DNA of 32,000 bases from an uncultured candidatus Brocadiaceae bacterium (GCA_964589115.1 CAZPUD010000003.1:3272-35271), one strand, 5' to 3'. Shown: positions 16,186-26,879, counted from the stretch's first letter. A program made the numbers and translations. Notes: generated by a model from the sequence alone, not told the origin.

Positions 16186-17190
16186 ATGAAATATACTATA
16201 AAACAAATCCAATCTATTATTGGCGGGAAAATTACCGGTGATCCGGATACTCTCATTACGGGAATTGCCAGTATTGATGCCGCAAAAGAAGGGGACATAA
16301 CTTTTATCAAGGATGATGCACTCATCCCGAAAGCAATCGCTTCAATGGCTTCTGCGATAGTTGTACACCGTGATATCGGGACCTTAAAAAAACCTCAAAT
16401 TATAAAAGAAGATCCGTTTCTTGCCTTCACCAAATTTATGGAGGTTGTAGGCAGGGAAAGATATATGCGCCCATCCGGTATCCATCCAACCGCTGTCGTC
16501 AGTAAAGATGCTATAGTTGGAGAAGGTGCCTCTTTTGGTGCCTATGTCGTTATTGATGATTACGTAAAGATCGGGAATAACGTCACTATTTACCCGAACA
16601 CATTTATAGGTAAGGGAAGTTCCGTAGGTGATAATTCTGTTATCTATGCAAATGTTGTTATCAGGGAAGGTGTCACCATCGGGAAACGGGTTATTGTGCA
16701 CTGCAGTAGTGTTATCGGAGATGATGGATTCGGTTACCTGCAAATACAGGGTAAACATATGAAGATACCACAGATCGGAACGGTTGAGATAGGAGACGAT
16801 GTTGAAATCGGTGCCATGGTGACGATTTGCCGTGCCGCACTCGATAAGACGGTTATAGGGAATGGAGTAAAAATAGATAACCACTCACATATTGCCCATA
16901 ACGTTACGGTGGGAGATAACAGTATGCTTGTTGCTTATGCCAAGATTGCGGGTAGTACCAGGATTGGGAAGAATGTTCTGATTGCAGAAGATGTGGGAAT
17001 AACAGACCACGTGACGATTGGTGATAATTGTATTATTGGCGGGGGATCTAATGTTTATAAGAGTTTAGATGACCGTTCCATCGTATGGGGTTCACCTGCC
17101 AAACCAATCAATGAGGAAAAACGCATTCAGGTATTAATTAGAAAACTGCCGGAAATGTATAACGCAATAAAGAAATATTGTAAGATCTAA
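16186..17190 (+). CDS. lpxD: UDP-3-O-acylglucosamine N-acyltransferase
   Basis: 334 aa with an LpxD-type N-terminal domain (IGGKITGDPDTLITGIASIDAAKEGDITFIKD), followed by a long left-handed beta-helix of hexapeptide repeats. Confidence 0.85.
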   Translation: MKYTIKQIQSIIGGKITGDPDTLITGIASIDAAKEGDITFIKDDALIPKAIASMASAIVVHRDIGTLKKPQIIKEDPFLAFTKFMEVVGRERYMRPSGIHPTAVVSKDAIVGEGASFGAYVVIDDYVKIGNNVTIYPNTFIGKGSSVGDNSVIYANVVIREGVTIGKRVIVHCSSVIGDDGFGYLQIQGKHMKIPQIGTVEIGDDVEIGAMVTICRAALDKTVIGNGVKIDNHSHIAHNVTVGDNSMLVAYAKIAGSTRIGKNVLIAEDVGITDHVTIGDNCIIGGGSNVYKSLDDRSIVWGSPAKPINEEKRIQVLIRKLPEMYNAIKKYCKI

Positions 17191-17305
17191 TTTTTCGTCA
17201 AAAACAACGGGAAGACTCAATTTATATACGCAATTTTGAAACATAGTTTTCTACATTGCCAATTGTTATTGAAGAAGAGGAGATCAATATTTTAAAACCA
17301 GATAT

Positions 17306-18550
17306 TTAGAGTTTTCCAAGTATAATGCTTGCGTTGTGTCCTCCGAAACCAAATGAATTGGAGAGAACCTTACTAATCTTCTTTTCGCGGGCAACATTAG
17401 GAACAAAATCGAGCCCTGTACATTCCGGGTCAGTTATCTCATGGTTAATTGTAGGCGGGATAACGCCTTCCTTAATTACCATGGCAGAAATGGCAATTTC
17501 TACACTTCCCGAAGCACCGAGTTGATGTCCCAGCATAGATTTTGTAGCACTAACAGGAATTTTTGAAGCGTGCGTCCCGAAGACTTTTTTAATGGCTTTT
17601 ACTTCAATATTATCGCCTATCGGAGTTGATGTAGCATGGGCATTGATATAATCTATATCTTCCGGGTTGGACCGGGCATCTTCTAATGCAACTTTCATGC
17701 ATCGCATTGCACCGTCACCATTTTGTTCCGGTGCAGCAATATGGTAGGCGTCTGCATTAAGTCCGTAACCTAATATTTCTGCATAAACCTCTGCGCCTCT
17801 TTTTCTTGCCATTTCAAACTCTTCAATTACAATAATTCCTGCACCTTCTGAGAGAACGAAGCCGTCACGGTCTTTATCAAAGGGACGGCTGGCTTTTTGT
17901 GGTTCATTATTGCGGGTAGAGAGTGCCTTCATGGCGCTAAAACCACTTAGGCCTAAAGGTGTAATTACTGCTTCCGAACTTCCCGCTATCATTATATCTG
18001 CATCTCCCCTCTGAATAATACGAATGGCTTCTCCTATAGCATTAACACCTGTAGTACATGCTGTTACCAATGCATAATTAGGGCCCTTGAGTCCGAAAAG
18101 TATTGCTACCTGCGCTGAGGCGGCATTGACCATCAATTTAGGCACCATGAAAGGAGATACCCGCGAAGGTCCTTTATTTATAAGGACATTGTGCTGCGTT
18201 TCAAACTCTAATAATCCTCCCATACCTGATCCTATAACAACACCTACTCTTGTTCGGTCAAAGTTATTTAGATTAAGTTCGGCGTCTTTTACTGCATGTA
18301 TAGAGGCAGCAAGAGCAAACTGAGCAAAACGGTCTAAACGGCGTATTTCCTTAACATCAAACCATAGGCTGGGATCAAAATCACTAGCCTCCCCGCCAAA
18401 GTGTACATCAAAGGCAGAGGTGTCAAAATAAGTGATGGGTTTTATACCACTCTTTCCCATGCATAGTGCCGACCAAATTTGTTTTTTTTCGCAACCTAAA
18501 GGCGTGACTGCTCCAACACCTGTAATAACGACTCTTCTTCGTTCCTGCAT
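17306..18550 (-). CDS. fabF: 3-oxoacyl-ACP synthase II
   Basis: Contains RRVVITGVGAVTPLG, active-site Cys in ACTTGVNAIGEA, HATSTP and GHQLGASG. I prefer the ATG at 18548-18550 (MQERRRVV). The longer ORF to 18589 would overlap acpP by 38 nt. Confidence 0.9.
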   Translation of the reverse strand: MQERRRVVITGVGAVTPLGCEKKQIWSALCMGKSGIKPITYFDTSAFDVHFGGEASDFDPSLWFDVKEIRRLDRFAQFALAASIHAVKDAELNLNNFDRTRVGVVIGSGMGGLLEFETQHNVLINKGPSRVSPFMVPKLMVNAASAQVAILFGLKGPNYALVTACTTGVNAIGEAIRIIQRGDADIMIAGSSEAVITPLGLSGFSAMKALSTRNNEPQKASRPFDKDRDGFVLSEGAGIIVIEEFEMARKRGAEVYAEILGYGLNADAYHIAAPEQNGDGAMRCMKVALEDARSNPEDIDYINAHATSTPIGDNIEVKAIKKVFGTHASKIPVSATKSMLGHQLGASGSVEIAISAMVIKEGVIPPTINHEITDPECTGLDFVPNVAREKKISKVLSNSFGFGGHNASIILGKL

Positions 18551-18551
18551 T

Positions 18552-18785
18552 TTATTTGTGTTCTTCAATATATTTAATGGCATCACCAACAGTACGTATT
18601 TTTTCAGCCTCTTCGTCCGGGATGTTCATATCAAAGGCATCCTCAAATTCCATAATCAATTCTACAGTGTCGAGTGAATCGGCTCCAAGATCATTAATAA
18701 ACGAAGTATCTCTCGTAATTTGTTCGGATTTTACTCCCATTTGTTTTGTGATAATTTCTTTAACCTTCTCTTCAATTGCTGACAC
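18552..18785 (-). CDS. acpP: Acyl carrier protein
   Basis: 77 aa with the [20 protein letters not shown] phosphopantetheine-attachment motif. Confidence 0.95.
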   Translation of the reverse strand: MSAIEEKVKEIITKQMGVKSEQITRDTSFINDLGADSLDTVELIMEFEDAFDMNIPDEEAEKIRTVGDAIKYIEEHK

Positions 18786-18815
18786 GGTTTTACCTCCTTA
18801 TCTTCCAAAATTAAT

Positions 18816-19763
18816 TCAGTTTATCAAATTCTTAAAAGCCTCTACAGTGTCAATGTTTCTGATTTCCTTAGTAGGGTCAATCCTTCTCATAAGTCCCGAT
18901 AAAGTTTTTCCGGGACCAATTTCATAAAACTGGTTGAATCCGTCCTGTATAAGTGTACGGATTGACTGATGCCACCGTACGGGACTTGTTAGTTGTTTTG
19001 ACAATGATATTCTTATCTCGTCGGGTTTTTTTACATATCCGGCATGGACGTTTGCCACAACGGGAATATTTGACTCGGAGATATTTGTTGACTCTAGTTC
19101 CTCCGTTAGCCTTTTACCTGCCGGGCTCATTAAATCTGAATGAAAGGCCCCGTCTACCTTTAAAGGAACGACCATTTTTGCACCGTGCTGTTTGGCCAGG
19201 ATCGATGCCTTTTCTAGTACTGCCTTCTCCCCCGAGATAACTACCTGTCCCGGACAATTATAATTTGCAGCGCAAATAATTCCGAAAGAACTAACTTCCC
19301 CGCATATCTGTTCTACTTTTTCGTCTTTTAAACCAATAACAGAAATCATACCTCCCGGATTTGCATCACATGCTTCCTGCATAAACATGCCCCGCTTATA
19401 TACCAGCCTTAAAGCATCCTGAAATGTTATTGAACCCGTGGACGCATGGGCTGTGTATTCTCCGAGGCTAAGTCCTGCTGCAGCAAGACACATATCTGTT
19501 TGAACCGGAGAATTTTTCTTTAAGACCTCCAGGATTGCCATGCTGGTTACAAATATAGCAGGCTGGCAAACGGTGGTTTTATTAAGTTCCTCCTGCTTCC
19601 CCTGAAAACAAAGCCCCGTTATATCAAAGCCAAGAATTTCGCTGGCGGTGTCAAATATCTCCTGTGATTCTTTAAACTCAACATAAAAATCCTTACCCAT
19701 CCCTGCATATTGTGCACCCTGTCCGGGAAAAAGAAATGCTGTTTTCCGCATGTTTTCTACCAT
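18816..19763 (-). CDS. fabD: Malonyl-CoA:ACP transacylase
   Basis: Contains FLFPGQGAQYAGMG and GLSLGEY. An alternative start at ATG 19749-19751 (MRKTAFLFPGQG) would avoid the overlap with fabH. Confidence 0.9.
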   Translation of the reverse strand: MVENMRKTAFLFPGQGAQYAGMGKDFYVEFKESQEIFDTASEILGFDITGLCFQGKQEELNKTTVCQPAIFVTSMAILEVLKKNSPVQTDMCLAAAGLSLGEYTAHASTGSITFQDALRLVYKRGMFMQEACDANPGGMISVIGLKDEKVEQICGEVSSFGIICAANYNCPGQVVISGEKAVLEKASILAKQHGAKMVVPLKVDGAFHSDLMSPAGKRLTEELESTNISESNIPVVANVHAGYVKKPDEIRISLSKQLTSPVRWHQSIRTLIQDGFNQFYEIGPGKTLSGLMRRIDPTKEIRNIDTVEAFKNLIN

Positions 19764-20746
19764 CTAATGACTGAGGATCCCCATGTTAAACCGCCCCCGA
19801 ATGCTACAAGCATAACAATGTTTCCTTTCTTGAGACGCCCTTCTCTTCTGGCTTCATCAATTGCGATGGGAATAGATGCAGAAGATGTATTTCCGTATTT
19901 ATCGATGTTTATAAACGCCTTTTCCATTGGCAATCCAATCTTTTCCATGGTTGCCTCAATAATTCGTAAATTGCTCTGGTGAGGTATGATTAAATCTATA
20001 TCATTCAATCCTATACCGTTTTTTTCTACTGTCTCGTGGATCAGGTTTGTTATATTATTAATCGCTAATTTGAATACCTCTTTACCTTTGAATTTAATAT
20101 AATGCATTCGCTGCTGAATTGATTCCAGAGTAGCAGGGTTTCTCGCCCCGCCCCCCGGCATGATAAGCACGTCTGCCTGTGATCCGTCTGCTGCCAGGTT
20201 TGTATCTAGAATCTCGTGTTTTGTAGAACTTTTTTGGATAATTACGGCACCGGCTCCGTCTCCGAATAATACACAAGTCTTACGGTCGGTATAATCTGTA
20301 ATCTTTGATAAGCATTCTGCTCCGATTACAAGTACGGTTTTCATTGCACCGGAATCTACAAAGCTTCTGCCGATGGATAAAGCGTAAATAAAGCCGGCAC
20401 AAGCTGCCAGTATATCAAAGGCACATGCCCTTGTTGCACCTATTTTCTGTTGTATGTAACATGAGGTTGAAGGAAAGAGATGGTCAGGTGTAATTGTCGA
20501 GGTAATAATTAAGTCTAAATCTTTCGGAGAAACTCCGGCGTCTTCCATTGCCCTGAGTGAAGCCTGAGTAGCAAGGTCAGATGTTATTACACCATCTTCA
20601 ACAATGCGGCGCTCTTTAATGCCTGTCCGCTGGGTGATCCAATCGTCACTGGTATCGACTATTTTTTCTAAGTCACAGTTTGTTAAAACCTTGCCTGGCA
20701 GGAAGGACCCTATCCCTGTAATAGATGCCTTTTGATTCTGTTGCAT
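19757..20746 (-). CDS. fabH: 3-oxoacyl-ACP synthase III
   Basis: 329 aa with AACAGFIYAL (catalytic Cys), HQSNLRII and GNTSSASIP. Confidence 0.9.
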   Translation of the reverse strand: MQQNQKASITGIGSFLPGKVLTNCDLEKIVDTSDDWITQRTGIKERRIVEDGVITSDLATQASLRAMEDAGVSPKDLDLIITSTITPDHLFPSTSCYIQQKIGATRACAFDILAACAGFIYALSIGRSFVDSGAMKTVLVIGAECLSKITDYTDRKTCVLFGDGAGAVIIQKSSTKHEILDTNLAADGSQADVLIMPGGGARNPATLESIQQRMHYIKFKGKEVFKLAINNITNLIHETVEKNGIGLNDIDLIIPHQSNLRIIEATMEKIGLPMEKAFINIDKYGNTSSASIPIAIDEARREGRLKKGNIVMLVAFGGGLTWGSSVIRW

Positions 20747-20796
20747 GTGTAATTAATTTATTTATACCCAGAGGAGATTAATAGGTGGCCGGCTGA

Positions 20797-21813
20797 CTAA
20801 GTAACGTTTACGGTAAGAGTATTGGATTTTTCCAGCCCGGAGACAATGTGCTCATTGACTTTATCCTTTGATAACTTCAACGCAACTCTTACAGCGTTTC
20901 GAATTGCCTTGGAATCCGATCTTCCATGGCATATGATACAAATACCATTAACACCCAGCAGAGGAGCTCCGCCATATTCCGCAAAGTCCATTTTCGCCCT
21001 TAGCACTTCAAATGATGGTCTGCATAGCCACAGACCGATCTTCGACCAGAATGTCTTCATTGCTTCTGATTTAATTGTCGACAAAAGACTCATGGAAAGG
21101 CCTTCTGCAAATTTCAGCATTACATTTCCTACAAAACCTTCACATACAACTATATCTGCTTTACTATCAAATATTTCACGACCTTCAACATTTCCTACAA
21201 AATTTAAAAAAGAATTAGAAAGAAGCATGAACGTCTCTTTTGCAAGATCATTTCCTTTTGCATTTTCTTCACCGATATTCAAAAGTCCAATCTTTGGATT
21301 ATTAATACCGAAGATATATTTAGCATACACCGATGCCATAACACCATACTGAAAGAGATGTATAGGCTTACAGCAGATATTTGCCCCTATATCTATAATT
21401 GAGCATATTCCATGCCGTGTGGGTAGGGGTATAATAATACCAGGGCGCTGAACTCCCTTCAGCAGTCCTAAATATAATGTTGATGCAGCTACAGTGGCGC
21501 CCGTATGCCCTGCACTGATAACGGCAGCAACATCTCCATTTGCTACAAGCTGGATACTCCGTGTAATTGATGAGTTCTTTTTTTGGCGTATAGAGTAAGT
21601 AGCAGGGTCATCCATATGAACCACTTGAGATGCATGATGGATAGAGATGTTACTTCGAACTTTTCCGTAAAGGTTGAGTTCTTGCTGTATTTCTTTCTCA
21701 TTGCCAACCAAAACTATCTCATCATCTGGAAATTGCTGTGCAGCAAGGACCGTCCCCTTAACAATCTCATGGGGTGCTTTATCTCCACCCATTACGTCTA
21801 CTGCAACTCTCAT
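20797..21813 (-). CDS. plsX: Phosphate acyltransferase
   Basis: 338 aa with N-terminal MRVAVDVMGGDKAP. It sits between rpmF and fabH, the usual position. Confidence 0.9.
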   Translation of the reverse strand: MRVAVDVMGGDKAPHEIVKGTVLAAQQFPDDEIVLVGNEKEIQQELNLYGKVRSNISIHHASQVVHMDDPATYSIRQKKNSSITRSIQLVANGDVAAVISAGHTGATVAASTLYLGLLKGVQRPGIIIPLPTRHGICSIIDIGANICCKPIHLFQYGVMASVYAKYIFGINNPKIGLLNIGEENAKGNDLAKETFMLLSNSFLNFVGNVEGREIFDSKADIVVCEGFVGNVMLKFAEGLSMSLLSTIKSEAMKTFWSKIGLWLCRPSFEVLRAKMDFAEYGGAPLLGVNGICIICHGRSDSKAIRNAVRVALKLSKDKVNEHIVSGLEKSNTLTVNVT

Positions 21814-21816
21814 GAG

Positions 21817-22044
21817 TTATCTTTCAACAGAAATGACCTGTTTTCCCCGGTAATAGCCGCAGTTGTGACAAATAGTATGTGGTTGATTTACCTGTTTGCA
21901 GTGTGAACAGATGTATCGCTTTGATCGTACACCGGCACCCTTTTCCATATTTTCAGCAAGCGGAATGACAGGAGGAGTTAGTTTGTCGTGTGTACGTCTT
22001 TTGCGTGTTCTTGAATTTGAGAACCTTCTTTTTGGATTAGGCAT
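21817..22044 (-). CDS. rpmF: 50S ribosomal protein L32 (zinc-ribbon form)
   Basis: N-terminal MPNPKRRFSNSRTRKRRTHDKL plus CSHC...CHNCGYY. At 75 aa it is somewhat long for L32. Confidence 0.9.
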   Translation of the reverse strand: MPNPKRRFSNSRTRKRRTHDKLTPPVIPLAENMEKGAGVRSKRYICSHCKQVNQPHTICHNCGYYRGKQVISVER

Positions 22045-22133
22045 TTATCACCTCTATAAAAATCCCTGCAAATTTTTAATAAAAAAATTTTATTTATATA
22101 TAATATAATCTCTATTACACTTTTAAACCAGTG

Positions 22134-22162
22134 ATTTTATATAGAGATATCGTTATTGTCAA
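22134..22162 (-). promoter_or_regulatory. Candidate sigma70-type promoter for the rpmF-plsX-fab operon
   Basis: On the minus strand: TTGACA (22162-22157), a 17-nt spacer, then TAAAAT (22139-22134), about 90 nt upstream of the rpmF ATG. This is a motif match only. Confidence 0.3.
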
Positions 22163-22185
22163 GTAAAATAAGAAGTTGGGTAATA

Positions 22186-22306
22186 ATTTAGTTTTTTAAA
22201 AATCCAACAATAATAATATATTACATACCGTGTAGGGACAGGTTTTAAACCTGCTCCTACAATGATGTTATTCATACATAGTTTTTTCAAAAACTAAATT
22301 GTTACG
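22186..22306. repeat. Small foldback element sharing outer arms with 3827..4415
   Basis: aatttagttttttaaaaat (22186-22204) is the inverted partner of ttttttcaaaaactaaatt (22282-22300), matching 17/19. They flank the hairpin tgtagggacaggttttaaacctgctcctaca (22231-22261). It lies immediately 3' of alaS. Confidence 0.6.
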
Positions 22307-22313
22307 AAGTCGA

Positions 22314-24971
22314 TCAGTGAATACTCTGTTGTATTTTGCTCTCTAACAACTCAGTGGCAAAACTAAGTGCTTCGTCCAGTTTTTCCGGATATTGTCCTCC
22401 TGCCTGAGCCATATCCGGTCTGCCGCCTCCGCCTCCACCAACCACTTTCGCCACTTCTTTTGCAATGTTTCCCGCATGGAAGCCATAATTTACTAATTTA
22501 GAGCTTAAGGCTGTGATTAATGTTACACGCCCGTTCTGGGCAGCTCCCAGTACGATAGCTACCTCCTGCGCGGACTTTATTAACATATCTGCTATTTTTC
22601 TCAGGTCGTCTGCGGTTACATCTTCCAATTTTTTTGTAACAATCTTAACCCCGGAAACCTCTTTTGCATTTTTGATAAAGGAATCTATTCTGCTGCTTAA
22701 ATCTTTTTGTTTTATTTTATGAACTTCTTTCTGTAAATTTTTCAGTTCATGCAAGATTTCCCGGGTTTTGGTAATAAGTTTATCTTCATTTGTACTGAGA
22801 ATGTCACACACCTCCCGGATTACATCTTCTTTTCCCCTGTCTCTCTTCAGAGACGCCATACCTGTTATGGCCTCAATACGTCTGATTCCTGAGGCAACAG
22901 AGGATTCACCCGTTATTCTGAATAATCCGATTTCTCCTGTGCTGTTTACATGGGTTCCACCGCATAATTCCTTGCTGAAATCGCCGATAGAAACCATCCG
23001 GACCAATTCCCCGTATTTTTCACCAAATAAGGCTACAGCACCGGCATTCCTCGCCTCCTGGGTTGTTAGTTCCTGTACTGATATAGGCATGTCTTCCAGG
23101 ATTTTTTCGTTTACGATATCTTCTATTCTTGTAATTTCCTCTTTTGTCAGGCCTGAGAAATGTTGAAAGTCAAATCGCAAACGATCGGGTGTTACCAGGG
23201 AGCCTGCTTGTTCTGCATGCTGGCCAATTACTTTTCGAAGTGTGTGATGCAGGATGTGCGTCGCTGAATGGTTTCTCCGAATGGCGTTTCTCCTCTGATC
23301 GTCAATTTTTGCATTAACAACGCTTCCTTTTCTCAGTTCCCCTTTTATTATTTTCCCGATATGGAGAATAAAGTCGTCACTTCTTTTTGTATCTGTGATC
23401 TGGATATAGCATCCGTTCGATTCCAAAATACCTGTGTCGCCAACCTGTCCGCCGGATTCTCCATAAAATGGTGTTTGATCCAAAACTATTGTTACTTCAT
23501 TTCCTGCCGCAGCCGTATCTACAAGCTGGCCACTTTGTATAATAGCTATTGCCCTTCCTTCACAAGCGTATTGTTCATAACCAACGAATTTTGAGCCTTT
23601 TGAAATATCTTTTATCCTGCTGATCGGACCGGTATCAAAGATTTCTCCTGCCATTTGAGATGAAGCCCTGGCCTGTAACCGCTGCTTTTTTAATTCTTCT
23701 TCAAAGGCGTCTTTATCAACGCCGAAACCTTTTTCGTGAAGAATCGATTCTGTCATTTCAAGCGGGAATCCATACGTATCGTACAATTTGAAGGCTTCAC
23801 GACCCGGGAGTATCTTCTGATTGCTTTTTTGAAGGGATTCCATAAGTTCTTCTAATATGCTGGTTCCCTGATCGAGTGTCTCATGAAACTTCTCTTCCTC
23901 GCTTTTTATAATTCGTGCAATATTTTCTCTGCGCTGATTAACGTCCGGGTAGTAATCCTTCATTAAATTACCAACAATCGGTACCAATTTATATAAGAAG
24001 CTATCCTTTATACCTAACTGTGTACCATCCCGTATGGCCCTTCTTAATAACCGCCTTTCCACATACCCGCGTCCTTCATTGCCTGGGAGAACGCCATCTG
24101 AAATACAAAACGTACAGGCCTTTACATGGTCGGCGATTCGGCGCATAAGTACGGCGTTTTCAAGTCTTCCATTGTATTTTACGTTCGAGATCCCTTCTAT
24201 ACATTTTATAATGGGATGGAAGATATCGATATCGAAATTGGTCTGCACTCCTTGCATGACGCGTGCCATTCTTTCCAGCCCCATGCCGGTGTCTACATTT
24301 CTGTGCGGTAATGGTTCCAGTTTACCACCTTCCTTGCGGTTATATTGGGTGAAAACTAAATTCCAGATTTCAACAAAACGATCGCATTCACATGCAGGCT
24401 CACATTCTTTTCGACCACAGCCTGTCTCTTCCCCTTGATCAAAAAATATCTCAGAGCATGGGCCGCAAGGCCCATTAGGACCGAGTTTTGGGGCATTCGA
24501 CGGCCAAAAATTATCCTTTTCATCATATTGATATATTTTTGATTTGGGTACGTGGATGTATTTTTCCCAAATTTCGTATGATTCCTGATCATTTTTATAT
24601 ACACTTACACTCAGTCGTTCTTCCTGGATTTTTAACTCTTGTATTAAAAATTCCCAGGCCCATTCGATGGTTTCTTTTTTGAAATAGTCGCCGAAAGAAA
24701 AGTTTCCCAGCATTTCAAAAAATGTGTGGTGGGATGCTGTTTTGCCTACGTTTTCGATATCTCCGGTACGAAGGCATTTCTGACAAGTAGCTGCTTTTTT
24801 AGTATTTAAATTACCTTTACCAAGGAACATATCCTTGAACTGATTCATCCCTGCACCGGTAAAGAGAAGTGTAGGGTCATTCTGTGGAACCAGTGAATCA
24901 CTGGGTAATATAGCGTGAGATTTTCCCTCAAAGAATTTGAGAAATTTATTACGAATTTCGCTCGTCTTCAT
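22314..24971 (-). CDS. alaS: Alanine--tRNA ligase
   Basis: N-terminal MKTSEIRNKFLKFFEGKSH, the class II core, the editing-domain HSATHILH motif, and a C-terminal GGGGGRPDMAQAGG (DHHA1 region). I prefer the ATG at 24969-24971. The 23-codon extension to 25040 overlaps recA. Confidence 0.95.
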   Translation of the reverse strand: MKTSEIRNKFLKFFEGKSHAILPSDSLVPQNDPTLLFTGAGMNQFKDMFLGKGNLNTKKAATCQKCLRTGDIENVGKTASHHTFFEMLGNFSFGDYFKKETIEWAWEFLIQELKIQEERLSVSVYKNDQESYEIWEKYIHVPKSKIYQYDEKDNFWPSNAPKLGPNGPCGPCSEIFFDQGEETGCGRKECEPACECDRFVEIWNLVFTQYNRKEGGKLEPLPHRNVDTGMGLERMARVMQGVQTNFDIDIFHPIIKCIEGISNVKYNGRLENAVLMRRIADHVKACTFCISDGVLPGNEGRGYVERRLLRRAIRDGTQLGIKDSFLYKLVPIVGNLMKDYYPDVNQRRENIARIIKSEEEKFHETLDQGTSILEELMESLQKSNQKILPGREAFKLYDTYGFPLEMTESILHEKGFGVDKDAFEEELKKQRLQARASSQMAGEIFDTGPISRIKDISKGSKFVGYEQYACEGRAIAIIQSGQLVDTAAAGNEVTIVLDQTPFYGESGGQVGDTGILESNGCYIQITDTKRSDDFILHIGKIIKGELRKGSVVNAKIDDQRRNAIRRNHSATHILHHTLRKVIGQHAEQAGSLVTPDRLRFDFQHFSGLTKEEITRIEDIVNEKILEDMPISVQELTTQEARNAGAVALFGEKYGELVRMVSIGDFSKELCGGTHVNSTGEIGLFRITGESSVASGIRRIEAITGMASLKRDRGKEDVIREVCDILSTNEDKLITKTREILHELKNLQKEVHKIKQKDLSSRIDSFIKNAKEVSGVKIVTKKLEDVTADDLRKIADMLIKSAQEVAIVLGAAQNGRVTLITALSSKLVNYGFHAGNIAKEVAKVVGGGGGGRPDMAQAGGQYPEKLDEALSFATELLESKIQQSIH

Positions 24972-24981
24972 GGTTAATAAA

Positions 24982-26067
24982 TTATTTTTCACCCTTTTTC
25001 GATGAGGATACTGCCTTAGCCTTTTCAGGGATCTCCTCATGCGTTTTTTCTGTGACTAATTCCGGCCTTATTTTTTTTAGGATAGACTGCTCAATTTCGG
25101 CCATCAATTCACTCTTTTCCGTAATGAACTGTCTTGAGTTTTCTCTACCCTGTCCCAAACGTATTTCACCATAAGAAAACCAGGTACCGGCTTTTTCTAT
25201 AATCTGATGTTCTACGCCAAGATCTATAATATCACCAGCCTTTGATATTCCTGTATTATATAAGATATCAAATTCTGCCTTTCGGAATGGAGCTGCAACC
25301 TTATTTTTTGCAATTGTTGCACGGACCCTGCTTCCGATATTTACATCGCCGTCTTTTATCGTACCAATTTTCCTGATGTCTATACGTACTGATGAGTAAA
25401 ATTTCAGTGCCCTTCCGCCCGGGGTTGTTTCCGGATTTCCCCCGTACATCACACCGATCTTTTCCCGGATTTGGTTGATGAATATAACACTGGTTTGAGA
25501 CTTTGAGATACAACCTGTTAGCTTACGCAGTGCCTGTGACATCAATCTTGCCTGTAATCCTACGTGGGTATCACCCATTTCCCCCTCAATTTCCGCACGG
25601 GGCACAAGGGCTGCTACGGAATCAACTGCAATAATATCTACTGCATTGCTCCTTACCAGGAGTTCTGCAATCTCGAGTGCCTGTTCCCCGGTATCCGGCT
25701 GGTTGACCATGAGATTGTCTAAATCTACTCCTAATTTCCTGGCATAATCAGGATCCAGGGCATGTTCTGCATCAATAAATGCTGCCGTACCGCCGCTCTT
25801 CTGTGCACTGGCAATAATATGGAGAGTGAGAGTCGTTTTACCCGAAGATTCCGGGCCAAATATTTCAACGATTCTTCCCCGCGGTATCCCTCCGACACCG
25901 AGTGCAATATCCAGTGATAATGCCCCGGTTGAAATTGTGGGTACATCTAATCTCGTATCGCCCCCCAACTTCATTATTGTTCCTTTTCCATATTGTTTTT
26001 CAATATGCGAAATTGCTCTTTCCAGGGCCTGCTGCCGTTTTTCCTTATCTTCTTCGATTTTTAACAT
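24982..26067 (-). CDS. recA: Recombinase A
   Basis: 361 aa with [13 protein letters not shown] (Walker A), the FIDAEHALD region, and L1/L2-like regions. Confidence 0.95.
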   Translation of the reverse strand: MLKIEEDKEKRQQALERAISHIEKQYGKGTIMKLGGDTRLDVPTISTGALSLDIALGVGGIPRGRIVEIFGPESSGKTTLTLHIIASAQKSGGTAAFIDAEHALDPDYARKLGVDLDNLMVNQPDTGEQALEIAELLVRSNAVDIIAVDSVAALVPRAEIEGEMGDTHVGLQARLMSQALRKLTGCISKSQTSVIFINQIREKIGVMYGGNPETTPGGRALKFYSSVRIDIRKIGTIKDGDVNIGSRVRATIAKNKVAAPFRKAEFDILYNTGISKAGDIIDLGVEHQIIEKAGTWFSYGEIRLGQGRENSRQFITEKSELMAEIEQSILKKIRPELVTEKTHEEIPEKAKAVSSSKKGEK

Positions 26068-26096
26068 AATAGTCCACCCATATAAAAATCATAAAG

Positions 26097-26663
26097 TTAT
26101 GAAACTAAATTAATACTTTGTAACTTCGTATATACGGGTCCCTTCTGTGAAAGATCACTCTTCATAAGAACTACCTGTGCTATAGGTTCTGAGCCGAAAT
26201 TAAACCCAATGTACGAATTTAGATTATCTATAAGCTTGTTAACATTCTTCCGTGTTTTTATTCGCCCTATTGTAAGATGCGCCTCAAACTGGCGGTTTTC
26301 CTGCTCTATTCCCAATGCCGCTAATTGGCTGTCCAGCCTTTGGTGTATGTTCATTAAATTTTTCCCGGGATCTATTACATCAATAAAAATAACCCGCGGG
26401 TTTTTCTGTGTCGGGAAAACGCCTGCTCCTATATAACTAAGGTTAAATGGCTTTATATCGATCACGGAATCTTTTATTATACCGATAACGGTATCAATTT
26501 TTTCTTCTTCAAGATATCCGATAAATTTTAATGTAACATGAAAATTTTCGGGTGATACCCATCCTACATCTGCATCTGCCTTTTTCAACGTATTTTGGAA
26601 TTCAATAAATTTTTTTCTGATCTCTTCTGTAATTTCAATTGCAACAAAAAGCCTTACGTTCAT
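26097..26663 (-). CDS. thpR: RNA 2',3'-cyclic phosphodiesterase (2H family, LigT/ThpR)
   Basis: 188 aa with two HxT motifs, FHVTLKF and AHLTIGR. Confidence 0.8.
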   Translation of the reverse strand: MNVRLFVAIEITEEIRKKFIEFQNTLKKADADVGWVSPENFHVTLKFIGYLEEEKIDTVIGIIKDSVIDIKPFNLSYIGAGVFPTQKNPRVIFIDVIDPGKNLMNIHQRLDSQLAALGIEQENRQFEAHLTIGRIKTRKNVNKLIDNLNSYIGFNFGSEPIAQVVLMKSDLSQKGPVYTKLQSINLVS

Positions 26664-26704
26664 AATTACCCGGAGAGGCTAGGTTCATACCGATTAAAAA
26701 GATA

Positions 26705-26815
26705 GAAACCACAGATTTCTGTAGATGGGTAAATGGGTAGATGAGTTGAGGAGTTAAATACTCATTTACCCATTCACTCATTTACTCGTCTACTAACTTT
26801 GCAATCTGTGGTTTC
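26705..26815 (-). terminator. Long hairpin repeat, plausible intrinsic terminator of gltX
   Basis: The stem base is a perfect 12 bp: gaaaccacagat (26705-26716) and atctgtggtttc (26804-26815). It encloses imperfectly paired gggtaaatgggtagatgag / ctcatttacccattcac arms. On the minus strand it is followed by tatcttttt. Confidence 0.4.
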
Positions 26816-26879
26816 AATAATTTTCTCCAAAACCTGGCGCATTTCTAAAGATAAATCGCATATAAAGTACTTAAATTCT

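Noticed and set aside
530-24682. Many track ORFs of 60-240 aa antisense to or overlapping strong genes. Examples are 530-901, 1605-1802, 2293-2577, 6569-6799, 7612-7905, 10480-10928, 11162-11826, 13807-14175, 16384-16884, 18556-18927, 20822-21352, 22768-23166 and 24034-24438; 29823-30545 and 30776-31195 are further cases to the right of this span.
   Set aside because: Each lies opposite a gene with clear family motifs. They have low-complexity or Ser/Leu/Phe-rich translations and no recognisable motifs. They are typical shadow ORFs.
24972-25040. N-terminal extensions of alaS (to 25040) and fabF (to 18589) as given in the ORF track
   Set aside because: The extensions overlap the 3' ends of recA and acpP. 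They precede canonical family N-termini (MKTSEIRNKF, MQERRRVVITG) that start at internal ATGs just after the upstream stop codons.
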